From a virus: a stretch of DNA of 32,000 nucleotides. The DNA lies in the IMG/VR virus record IMGVR_UViG_3300045988_147533, positions 1-32,000 of that record. One strand, written 5' to 3'. Under the pieces are notes generated by a model, which was given only the letters and a program-made list of their open reading frames with translations, was not told where the DNA came from and made no database searches. The position numbers were made by a program, and so were the translations under genes. Positions 1 to 6,950 of the stretch are shown here, piece after piece (position 1 is the first letter of the stretch; each line of letters begins with the position of its first letter).

Positions 1-12
1 CTCTTCCGATCT
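1..12. other. Illumina TruSeq-type adapter remnant (CTCTTCCGATCT), not biological sequence
   Basis: Exact 12-nt match to the 3' end of the common adapter ...GCTCTTCCGATCT at the first bases of the window. Confidence 0.8.
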
Positions 13-14
13 TA

Positions 15-43
15 TTGACAATTTATAATTCTAGAGTTATAAC
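15..43 (+). promoter_or_regulatory. Sigma-70-type promoter for the left-end plus-strand operon
   Basis: TTGACA (15-20), 17-nt spacer, TATAAC (38-43); followed by an SD and GTG start at 87. Confidence 0.5.
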
Positions 44-86
44 TAAGGTGTCTTAAGAGACAAGCCACACGAAAGGAGGTGCAAAC

Positions 87-254
87 GTGGCAAAGTATAA
101 ACGTAGCAAACCGATGAAACGTCGCGATAGAAAAAAGCGCGAAAAAAAAGAGCGCATGATTTCGTACCTATCCAAAACGTTCGAAATTATATACACGCTC
201 TTAATCGGTGAAGCCCTCAAGCTTCTTGCTAAATATCTAAGTGACTTATTTTAG
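87..254 (+). CDS. Small 55-aa protein, Lys/Arg-rich N-terminus, hydrophobic C-terminus (hypothetical)
   Basis: GTG start 8 nt after GAAAGGAGGTG. Hand translation: MAKYKRSKPMKRRDRKKREKKERMISYLSKTFEIIYTLLIGEALKLLAKYLSDLF. Below the 60-aa cutoff of the ORF track. Confidence 0.4.
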   Translation: MAKYKRSKPMKRRDRKKREKKERMISYLSKTFEIIYTLLIGEALKLLAKYLSDLF

Positions 255-262
255 TCACTTAG
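237..262 (+). terminator. Perfect 9-bp hairpin overlapping the stop codon of the 55-aa ORF (weak terminator or RNA structure)
   Basis: CTAAGTGAC (237-245) / GTCACTTAG (254-262), 8-nt loop; no clear U-run afterwards. Confidence 0.3.
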
Positions 263-381
263 GTACTTATATTATACCACGTTTTAAAATATGGAACTAC
301 TAAAAATAGCGTTATTACTATCGTTAGCATTTAATGCATATCTTTTAAAGAAAATGATTGAAAAGTAAGGAGGTAAAGATT

Positions 382-882
382 ATGTGTGAAATGAAAGCTT
401 ATATCACAAATTTAGGTAAATACAATGAAGGTTGTTTAGTTGGTAAATGGATTGATTTCCCTATCGATGAGGATGATTTTGAAAGCGAACTTGAAAGCAT
501 TGGAGTGAAAGAAAACACAATGTATGAAGAGTGGTTTATCACTGATTATGATTGCTCATTGTTTGATATGTATGATGCATTTGGTGAATATCCTAACATC
601 GATGATATTAATGAAGTAGCTGAGGCTTTAGAGAATAATGAAGATGAATTCACTGCATTATTGGAAGTATGCAGCTATGAGGACGCTTTAAGATACTTAG
701 AAAGTGAAAACTATACTTTCTATCAAGGTATGTCGTTGGAAGATGTAGCGTATAAATTAGTTGAAGAATGCTATAATCTCCCAGAAATTGCGCAAAGATA
801 TTTTGATTATAAAGCGTTCGCGCGTGATCTAAGTTTTGACGGATATACTGAAACTTCAAGCGGAGTTATTTGTCTATGTTAA
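382..882 (+). CDS. ardA: ArdA-family antirestriction protein (DNA mimic, anti type I R-M)
   Basis: MKAYITNLGKYNEGCLVGKWIDFPID... and the acidic C-terminal ...YFDYKAFARDLSFDG match the Tn916 Orf18/ArdA pattern. AAGGAGG at 367-373 favours the ATG at 382 over the track's TTG at 358. Confidence 0.85.
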   Translation: MCEMKAYITNLGKYNEGCLVGKWIDFPIDEDDFESELESIGVKENTMYEEWFITDYDCSLFDMYDAFGEYPNIDDINEVAEALENNEDEFTALLEVCSYEDALRYLESENYTFYQGMSLEDVAYKLVEECYNLPEIAQRYFDYKAFARDLSFDGYTETSSGVICLC

Positions 883-901
883 CCCGCAAAGATCTTGACA
901 A

Positions 902-936
902 CATGAGCACTCTTAAAGTGCTCATGCTTGCTTTAT
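902..936 (+). terminator. Hairpin with T-rich tail downstream of ardA
   Basis: CATGAGCACT (902-911) / AGTGCTCATG (917-926), loop CTTAA, then CTTGCTTTATT. Confidence 0.5.
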
Positions 937-1042
937 TAAAATTCTACTTCTATATGTGTTTTGACGCATTATTAATAGGCTTGTTTTTAGGCTTATCAAA
1001 CATAATACTACCACTTATTTATTAATTGCAGGAGGTTAAACA

Positions 1043-1315
1043 ATGGAACTTTTAGAAATTAAATTATTGCATAAATACGCAAGAATCAGATCATATATGA
1101 ATGATCTTATTTCTGGTAATTTTGTTGTGTATGATTTTCTTTATGAGTGTTTAGCGGATCATATTGAATCATTTGTCTATGATCTTGCTTATATCGAAAA
1201 TGAAAAAGTTATACGCGTTTATTATGATCAACTTTTAGTTGATTCTAAACATGTAAGCAAAGAACTTTATACACTTGTTATAACTATTTTTGAAGATAAT
1301 GAATGGAGGTTTTAA
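1043..1315 (+). CDS. Hypothetical protein (90 aa)
   Basis: ATG preceded by GCAGGAGGT; tightly packed with downstream genes. Confidence 0.65.
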   Translation: MELLEIKLLHKYARIRSYMNDLISGNFVVYDFLYECLADHIESFVYDLAYIENEKVIRVYYDQLLVDSKHVSKELYTLVITIFEDNEWRF

Positions 1316-1317
1316 AA

Positions 1318-1563
1318 ATGAATAATAAAGAATATATCGAATCAGTAGAAAAAAAGCTGGATCAGCTCAACGCAAATAGTCTAAAGGCAAATAGCATAAT
1401 GCCTTTTTCAATAAATAGACATTTAAATGGGCTATATGATCTCAGTTATGGCATGGATGTAATTGCCTGGATGCTAAAGCCGCGTGAACTTTGGCAGCTT
1501 GTAAATACTTTATGTATTTTAAATATTTTAGGAGGGCTCAAAAATGACAATATGGAAGCGTGA
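1318..1563 (+). CDS. Hypothetical protein (81 aa)
   Basis: ATG at 1318 sits 8 nt after GGAGG (1305-1309), preferred over the track start at 1303. Confidence 0.6.
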   Translation: MNNKEYIESVEKKLDQLNANSLKANSIMPFSINRHLNGLYDLSYGMDVIAWMLKPRELWQLVNTLCILNILGGLKNDNMEA

Positions 1564-2131
1564 ACGAAACCATTTTAATTATTATGTTACAAATGAGCGA
1601 AAACAACCCCACATTTATGTTGAAGCGTTAGGAACTCCCAGCGCTTCAACTGAAAAAGTTTTAAAAGATCATGGTTTTAAGTTTGATTATAGCAAGTGCA
1701 TGTATGCAGCAGCTCAAACAAATGACTTAAGGTTGTTTGTTGCGCACGATCTTGACAAGCTTTTCAATTATGATATTCAAATATATTTCAATTCAGAAGC
1801 GAAAAAAGAACTTTTTGCGCCTGATATCCAGGAAATAAAAGATATTTGTTATCATTTTAAAATATACAAGTGTTATATTGATATTTTAAATAAGGATCTT
1901 TTTAAGATCTGTAAACCTGGATCAAAAAGCTTGCTTTTTACTTATAACACTAACTCTAAAACTATAGACGTTTTTAATAGAAATAAATTACAAGAAAGCT
2001 ATATATACAATAATTGTAAAATCGTAAAAATGATTGTTGAAAAAGATGCACCAAAAAAGAAAAAGAAAGCAACGCCAGCACTTACAGAACAACAAAAAAT
2101 TAATAAAATGCTGGAAGCATTTCCATTTTAG
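1544..2131 (+). CDS. Hypothetical protein (195 aa), Lys-rich C-terminal tail
   Basis: ATG after AGGAGGG; 20-nt overlap with the upstream gene. Confidence 0.65.
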   Translation: MTIWKRERNHFNYYVTNERKQPHIYVEALGTPSASTEKVLKDHGFKFDYSKCMYAAAQTNDLRLFVAHDLDKLFNYDIQIYFNSEAKKELFAPDIQEIKDICYHFKIYKCYIDILNKDLFKICKPGSKSLLFTYNTNSKTIDVFNRNKLQESYIYNNCKIVKMIVEKDAPKKKKKATPALTEQQKINKMLEAFPF

Positions 2132-2144
2132 GAGGTAAAAAAAT

Positions 2145-2702
2145 ATGGGATATATTGGCAATAAAATGAGTGAACGCGCTTATGAAGCGTATGAAAGTGG
2201 TGAAAAGCCACTTTCTAAATGGTCTAAATTTGATATTATAAAAAGCGTTTTAAACGTTAGAAATGACTTTCAAGAAAAAGAATTAAAAATTTATAGCAAA
2301 GAAGTTTTAAAAGTTTTTCTAATCTGTAGCTCATGGCATCATACCGGATCATATTTCAATGAAACTAATTTTTATAGTTTAGATTATGATGTTATCGAAC
2401 TTTCAAAAATTGAAATAATCCAGGCACTTGAAAAGAAGAAAAAAGATCTTGAAAAAGAGAAGAAAGAAAAAAAGATTTTAAAACTTCAAAAATGCATATT
2501 TTCATATATTGAATGGGCCGGAACGCGAAAACATCCAAAAGCAATAGAAAAAGAATCATACGGCATCATAAAAGGATCATGGATATACTACAAAGACGGC
2601 AAAAAGTCATTAAATGGTAAATATGTTCATGTGGTTAAAGAATTCGAACGTGCACCGCGTGGAACTGCTGCACTTTTCAAACAAATTGAAAAGGACTTGT
2701 AA
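2145..2702 (+). CDS. Conserved hypothetical protein of phage/conjugative-element type (N-terminal ...RAYEAYESGEKPLSKW..., SSWHHTG motif)
   Basis: GGAGG 9 nt upstream. From memory, the N-terminal motif recurs in plasmid/ICE/phage proteins that accompany ArdA; I cannot assign a family name. Confidence 0.7.
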   Translation: MGYIGNKMSERAYEAYESGEKPLSKWSKFDIIKSVLNVRNDFQEKELKIYSKEVLKVFLICSSWHHTGSYFNETNFYSLDYDVIELSKIEIIQALEKKKKDLEKEKKEKKILKLQKCIFSYIEWAGTRKHPKAIEKESYGIIKGSWIYYKDGKKSLNGKYVHVVKEFERAPRGTAALFKQIEKDL

Positions 2703-2716
2703 AAGTCCTTTTTTTA
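2687..2716. terminator. Bidirectional rho-independent terminator between the convergent plus and minus operons
   Basis: AAGGACTT (2691-2698) / AAGTCCTT (2703-2710), flanked by an A-run and a T-run. Confidence 0.7.
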
Positions 2717-3265
2717 ATGTCTTCTAATTTCTTTTTGAATCAGCTTTTTTTTGACTGGATTCGATGCGAAAAAGTTCATAAAAAGTTTAGTTTTAAACTC
2801 ATATTCTTTTTGATCTACTTCTTTAACGTCTAAAACTCTTTTGAATATTACTATTGCGATAAAGTTCGCAAACAAGTTTGCATCTTTTTCTATTTCCTGA
2901 TTCTCATAGTGTTTGCTGCTTGAATCCTTATAACTTTCAAATTCTTTTTTCCATATAGAAACGCTTCTTTCATCTATAGAAAACACTTTTTGATTCTTCT
3001 TATATACACATGCATATTGGTATAAATGTCTTATTTCATGTGCAAGATATATATAAACTAAACTACTATCTATGGATGTATTCAGGTTTACACAAATTAC
3101 ATTTTCTTTTGGGTATGATGTGCATATGCTTGTATCTTTTACTTGAAAAAGTTCTTTATTGACTGGTTTATGTTTAAGATCATAAACCTTATCATTTACT
3201 TTAAAGTAAACTTTTGGAATCTTTATATTTAATAGTGTGCATAGAAAACTTACATAATCATTCAT
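2714..3265 (-). CDS. ImmA/IrrE-like (DUF955-type) zinc metallopeptidase
   Basis: HEIRH (HExxH), then about 35 residues later ENQEIEKDANLFANF, matching the E-x-E-x-x-A-N-x-F-A signature of the ImmA/IrrE family. Confidence 0.6.
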   Translation of the reverse strand: MNDYVSFLCTLLNIKIPKVYFKVNDKVYDLKHKPVNKELFQVKDTSICTSYPKENVICVNLNTSIDSSLVYIYLAHEIRHLYQYACVYKKNQKVFSIDERSVSIWKKEFESYKDSSSKHYENQEIEKDANLFANFIAIVIFKRVLDVKEVDQKEYEFKTKLFMNFFASNPVKKKLIQKEIRRH

Positions 3266-3302
3266 GCATCCATTATATCTGAAAAACTTTATTTTGAAAA
3301 AC

Positions 3303-3590
3303 TTATTTATCTAGAATCAAAAAAACTTTTTCTAATTGTTCTTGAGAAGTTGGAAAAAACTTTTGAGATTCTTTTTCATGCTTGCATAGAATCGAACCGT
3401 CAAAAAACTTTTCCAGCAACTGATAAAACTTTTCTTTCTTCACATAATAAACATAATTCACAGACACATCTTCATCATCATGCGCATTGTATTCAAAAGC
3501 TTTTTCAACCATCTTAGAACAAATAACACTAATCTGTACATTATCATACTTCACAAAAACTTCTTTATAAGAAAACTTATTTTCGTCCAT
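3303..3590 (-). CDS. Hypothetical 95-aa protein, paralogue of the C-terminal domain of the upstream gene (KFF-motif domain)
   Basis: ATG at 3590 preceded by TAGGAGTGATGAA, preferred over the track's TTG at 3623. Aligns by eye with residues 101-208 of 3613-4239. Confidence 0.65.
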   Translation of the reverse strand: MDENKFSYKEVFVKYDNVQISVICSKMVEKAFEYNAHDDEDVSVNYVYYVKKEKFYQLLEKFFDGSILCKHEKESQKFFPTSQEQLEKVFLILDK

Positions 3591-3612
3591 TTCATCACTC
3601 CTAAAAAACTTT

Positions 3613-4239
3613 CTACATATCAAACAATACTCTTAAAAACTTTGCATATTCTTTTTCTGATTTCAGATAAAACTTATTACATCCATCCATGATATCTTCA
3701 TAGTTGCAAGTCTCAATTTCATTATCTAAAAACTTCCTATATAAACTTTTGAATTTGGATTTACAAATATAATGCTCAACTACTAGTATATCATTCTCAT
3801 AATGACACCTTTTAAACTCTTCATGTGCCATATAAGCACATACAATATTATCTCCATATTGTACAAATAAACTTTCTGTATCACGAATCAGAAAAAACTT
3901 TTTCACTTCTGTTAAAAACTTTGGTATTTTGTATTTCATTTTCTTTACTCCTAAAAACTTTTTCTCAGATACACTTTTTCTTCCTTCTATAGTAAATTCA
4001 CCAATTCTTTCTGAATACATTTCAATACTTCCGGAATATCCATTATTACTGTTTGTTGTAAAATATGCAGTACTGTCTGCATAACATGTATTTGTATCTC
4101 CTTCCGGGTCTAGTGTAAATGATTTAAAACCTTCCCATGCGACAGGTGTACCATACGTGATATCTCCACCTTCTCCATGCTCAATAGGAACTACATAAAC
4201 ATTTTTAATTCCATATTTAACTTTGTTTGCATCTTCCAC
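3613..4239 (-). CDS. Fusion protein: N-terminal phi13-type major-tail-protein-like fragment (about 100 aa) plus a 108-aa KFF-motif domain
   Basis: GTG at 4239 preceded by TAGGAGTGATATT. The N-terminus VEDANKVKYGIKNVYVVPI...ITYGTPVAWEGFKSFTLDPEGDTNTCYADSTAYF...GYSGSIEMYS follows the tail-tube N-terminal consensus. An internal ATG at 3939 has its own TAGGAGTAAAGAAA. Confidence 0.65.
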   Translation of the reverse strand: MEDANKVKYGIKNVYVVPIEHGEGGDITYGTPVAWEGFKSFTLDPEGDTNTCYADSTAYFTTNSNNGYSGSIEMYSERIGEFTIEGRKSVSEKKFLGVKKMKYKIPKFLTEVKKFFLIRDTESLFVQYGDNIVCAYMAHEEFKRCHYENDILVVEHYICKSKFKSLYRKFLDNEIETCNYEDIMDGCNKFYLKSEKEYAKFLRVLFDM

Positions 4240-4249
4240 AATATCACTC

Positions 4250-4525
4250 CTATTTATCTGCAATCGTTTCTACAAAACAATTATAATAAACATATCTTTT
4301 CCCATCATAATCAAATTTTACATATCCACCATCATTTGTTTCAATATCAATTCTTCCCTCATAGCTAGCTATAATTTTTCCATCTGCTGTATACACATTG
4401 ATTATTCTATTCAATCCACCATTCAAATCTGATTTTATATCAGTACCCCAACGATCCAAAGAAGCACATCCAAATAATGAAATGCTAATCATTCCAACCA
4501 TTAATAATTTGTATAATTTATTCAT
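4250..4525 (-). CDS. Small lipoprotein (91 aa)
   Basis: Signal peptide with lipobox ISLFGC; SD AAGAGGAA. Shares the EGRIDIETNDGG...GKRYVYY motif with the 4666-5067 product. Confidence 0.75.
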   Translation of the reverse strand: MNKLYKLLMVGMISISLFGCASLDRWGTDIKSDLNGGLNRIINVYTADGKIIASYEGRIDIETNDGGYVKFDYDGKRYVYYNCFVETIADK

Positions 4526-4587
4526 TTTATTCCTCTTTTCTATGTCCGATAACTATATATTATCAGACCAACCGCAAACCTTTTAAA

Positions 4588-4604
4588 AGCCTAGTAAATA
4601 GGCT
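4588..4604 (-). terminator. Weak hairpin terminator between the two lipoprotein genes
   Basis: AGCCTA/TAGGCT stem, followed on the minus strand by TTTTAAAAGG. Confidence 0.35.
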
Positions 4605-4665
4605 ACTTTGTAACACTTTTCTAAAATAAAAACTTTATGAATTTTTGAGTCATGCTGTAATGTGT

Positions 4666-5067
4666 TTATTTATTTGTATCTTCTACGTTAATCAAGCCAT
4701 GTTCAATCGTTTCTTTAGCAGGAAAGAATGTTATTTTATATCCATACGGATTTTCTTTTACCGAATCGGTCTGAATACTTGTATATGTTACATCTTTTGA
4801 TAAATGTGCATAAAACAATTTATATTTATCTTTTCCAGTTTTAATCGTTACATTCAAATCGCCATCACTATCTGTTTCAATAGATATTTTTCCTTCAACA
4901 GAAAACAACGGTTCATTTGTTCTAGTATTTAATGCCACAACCTTTCTCGATATTTTAAAGTTGTTTGCATCCACTCTTAAATTATGATTAGCTGTATCTG
5001 ATTCTTGGCATCCTACCAAACCTAGACACATTGTCATTCCTAAAATTGCGCTTAATATTTTTTTCAT
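4666..5067 (-). CDS. Lipoprotein (133 aa)
   Basis: MKKILSAILGMTMCLGLVGC lipobox; start overlaps the stop of the upstream gene (ATGA). Confidence 0.8.
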   Translation of the reverse strand: MKKILSAILGMTMCLGLVGCQESDTANHNLRVDANNFKISRKVVALNTRTNEPLFSVEGKISIETDSDGDLNVTIKTGKDKYKLFYAHLSKDVTYTSIQTDSVKENPYGYKITFFPAKETIEHGLINVEDTNK

Positions 5068-5531
5068 TTGTTCAAATCTCCCATAACGAGCTTTTTAAGC
5101 TCTTTCTTCATTGCGTAATACATTTTCATTCTGCTACAAAACTTTTCTCCTGAAAGCTTCTCAAACGACTCTCCGTTGACATAATGACGTTTCATATATA
5201 AACGAATATCATCATCTGGAATAAGATCAATAATTGTTTCAATTTCTCTCATCTTTCCTAAGATAAGATTCTTATCATCTTCAAGCACTTTTTCTTTTGA
5301 AATAAACTTTACAAGAACATCATTTGTAATATCCTTGTTCTTTTTTGAATCCAACCTTTGTTCAAATGATGGAGATTTTGGATCTGAAAATTCTTTTTTT
5401 CGAACCTCCAAATCCTTTAAAATTCCATCCAACGATTTAAACTTTCTTTCATAGATTTTGAACATTTCAAGCTTTTTAATTAATGCATCCACTTGAACAT
5501 CTACATATTCTTCATAATCCGTTTTACTCAT
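5064..5531 (-). CDS. Sigma-70 region-4-like phage late transcription regulator (RinA/ArpU/DUF1492-like)
   Basis: C-terminal ...IPDDDIRLYMKRHYVNGESFEKLSGEKFCSRMKMYYAMKKELKKL resembles the region-4 HTH of DUF1492/RinA-type activators; N-terminal coiled coil. Confidence 0.5.
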   Translation of the reverse strand: MSKTDYEEYVDVQVDALIKKLEMFKIYERKFKSLDGILKDLEVRKKEFSDPKSPSFEQRLDSKKNKDITNDVLVKFISKEKVLEDDKNLILGKMREIETIIDLIPDDDIRLYMKRHYVNGESFEKLSGEKFCSRMKMYYAMKKELKKLVMGDLNK

Positions 5532-5539
5532 TTTCTCTC

Positions 5540-5686
5540 CTATTTAATTTCTTCAATTTCCTCAATGCTGCATGATGGAAATTTCATATAGAATTTATAC
5601 ATTGCCATGCTTTTCGATTCCTCCTGGACTTCCATCACACAAATATTATTGTCTTTGATATATTTAATTCTGTATTTCTTTAACAT
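5540..5686 (-). CDS. Small hypothetical ORF (48 aa)
   Basis: Hand-translated MLKKYRIKYIKDNNICVMEVQEESKSMAMYKFYMKFPSCSIEEIEEIK; fills a gap in the operon; SD weak. Confidence 0.3.
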   Translation of the reverse strand: MLKKYRIKYIKDNNICVMEVQEESKSMAMYKFYMKFPSCSIEEIEEIK

Positions 5687-5716
5687 CTTTATATTCTAAC
5701 CTTTCCAATCGCTTAA

Positions 5717-5878
5717 TTATTTTGTTTCATCAAAATCATCATACAAATATTCTTTATTCACCTTATTTTTTAAATCCATAATTTCCAGCCTTTGTGCTGC
5801 AATCATATTTTCTAAACTTGTAATCTGTGATACCATTGCACAACTACATACAATCAATCCGCATATAGCACCTAACAT
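5717..5878 (-). CDS. Small hypothetical ORF (53 aa), hydrophobic N-terminus then coiled coil
   Basis: Hand-translated MLGAICGLIVCSCAMVSQITSLENMIAAQRLEIMDLKNKVNKEYLYDDFDETK; SD weak. Confidence 0.3.
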   Translation of the reverse strand: MLGAICGLIVCSCAMVSQITSLENMIAAQRLEIMDLKNKVNKEYLYDDFDETK

Positions 5879-5900
5879 CAATCCTATTGTAAACTACATA

Positions 5901-6047
5901 TTAGAAACCACTCTCCAACGGATTACCTGATGGTGCGTTCAATCCATATAATGTTGCATATACAATAACTGCATATACAACATAAAGTACTGTACAAGTA
6001 ATAATAGGATCCAGATTCTTAATAATTGCTTTTTTAATTCTATTCAT
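5901..6047 (-). CDS. Small membrane protein (48 aa)
   Basis: ATG overlaps the stop of 6040-6336 (GATGAATAG). MNRIKKAIIKNLDPIITCTVLYVVYAVIVYATLYGLNAPSGNPLESGF has one TM segment. Confidence 0.4.
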   Translation of the reverse strand: MNRIKKAIIKNLDPIITCTVLYVVYAVIVYATLYGLNAPSGNPLESGF

Positions 6048-6336
6048 CATCATTTAAATATTTAAACTCTTTCATTAACTCATCCTTTGTTTTTTCAAAC
6101 TCTGATTCGATTTGTTTCTGTACATCAATCTTAGTTTGTTTAAACCATTTCTTTTTGAACTTAGTAACTGCTTCACGATAACGTTTTTCATCACAGTCAC
6201 ACGACTGCCACCACTCTAAATCATGCAGCACTTTAACTAAATCTTTCATCATTTCATTTAATTGAGAATCGTACATTCTATTAACACATTCTTCTTCAAC
6301 TCTGCAATACACATAGCTGTAACTTCCACCACTCAT
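6040..6336 (-). CDS. Hypothetical phage protein (98 aa)
   Basis: The MSGGSYSYVY...LHDLEWWQSCDCDE pattern looks like a recurrent phage protein of unknown function. Confidence 0.7.
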   Translation of the reverse strand: MSGGSYSYVYCRVEEECVNRMYDSQLNEMMKDLVKVLHDLEWWQSCDCDEKRYREAVTKFKKKWFKQTKIDVQKQIESEFEKTKDELMKEFKYLNDDE

Positions 6337-6351
6337 TAGTTAATCTCCTTT

Positions 6352-6765
6352 TCAATCTATAATCTTACTTCCGCAATTTGGACAGTATTTGGGTTTGTAA
6401 CTATAAAAGAATTCTACTCTATTATCTTCGTCGCTTTTAACTCCTGTTTGGTGTACTGATATGAATCCACAATTAGAACATTTAAATACATCCCTTGAAT
6501 CATATTCTAATTTGTTAGTGCAAGTTTCTTCTTCAAGCCAACCAAATTCTATGCATTGTTGGATGATCGCCATTAATTCATTTACCGATATGGCTTCTGT
6601 TGTTAATTTATTTCCTAGTACATCTTTAACTGCAATACGTCTAGATACTTTATCAAACGCAATATCTCGTGATGCAGTAGTATTTACGCATCCATACGTT
6701 ATAAGAGTGTTTGGTGTTATTTTTTTTGTGAATCCTAACCTTCTAAACATTTCTTCAGCAGTCAT
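6352..6765 (-). CDS. Hypothetical protein with C-terminal zinc ribbon
   Basis: CSNCG...(x31)...CPNCG; SD present. Confidence 0.7.
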   Translation of the reverse strand: MTAEEMFRRLGFTKKITPNTLITYGCVNTTASRDIAFDKVSRRIAVKDVLGNKLTTEAISVNELMAIIQQCIEFGWLEEETCTNKLEYDSRDVFKCSNCGFISVHQTGVKSDEDNRVEFFYSYKPKYCPNCGSKIID

Positions 6766-6949
6766 ATCCTTCTCCTAATTTACTAATAGCCAAATACTCA
6801 ACATTTTGTTGACCTTCATACCAATCATTTAACCAACTTATAGTATCCTCGCAACCATTCCCTACAATGTATATTCCTGTTTCAAATTGCTCAATTACAA
6901 AACGATTAACATCTTGTAATTGCGTTCTATTCTGACTTCTAATCCACAT
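6755..6949 (-). CDS. Hypothetical protein (64 aa)
   Basis: In-operon ORF with short overlaps to both neighbours. Confidence 0.55.
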   Translation of the reverse strand: MWIRSQNRTQLQDVNRFVIEQFETGIYIVGNGCEDTISWLNDWYEGQQNVEYLAISKLGEGYDC

Positions 6950-6950
6950 C

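Noticed and set aside
876-1025. 49-aa hydrophobic ORF overlapping the ardA stop
   Set aside because: It contains the ardA terminator hairpin within its coding sequence and has only a distant GGAG. It is more likely untranslated 3' UTR/spacer.
6461-6778. 105-aa plus-strand ORF, and similar antisense ORFs at 650-859, 3480-3692, 4177-4586, 7547-7896, 8126-8471, 9351-9575, 9729-9920, 11103-11321, 11553-11741, 12197-12382, 12559-12856, 13560-13742, 14728-14910, 18516-18975, 21217-21474, 22182-22421, 22755-23059, 23188-23477, 23798-24046, 28533-28862, 29930-30510 and 31489-31743
   Set aside because: All lie antisense inside longer ORFs that have SD sites, family signatures or operon context. Their products are hydrophobic or low-complexity and lack ribosome-binding sites.
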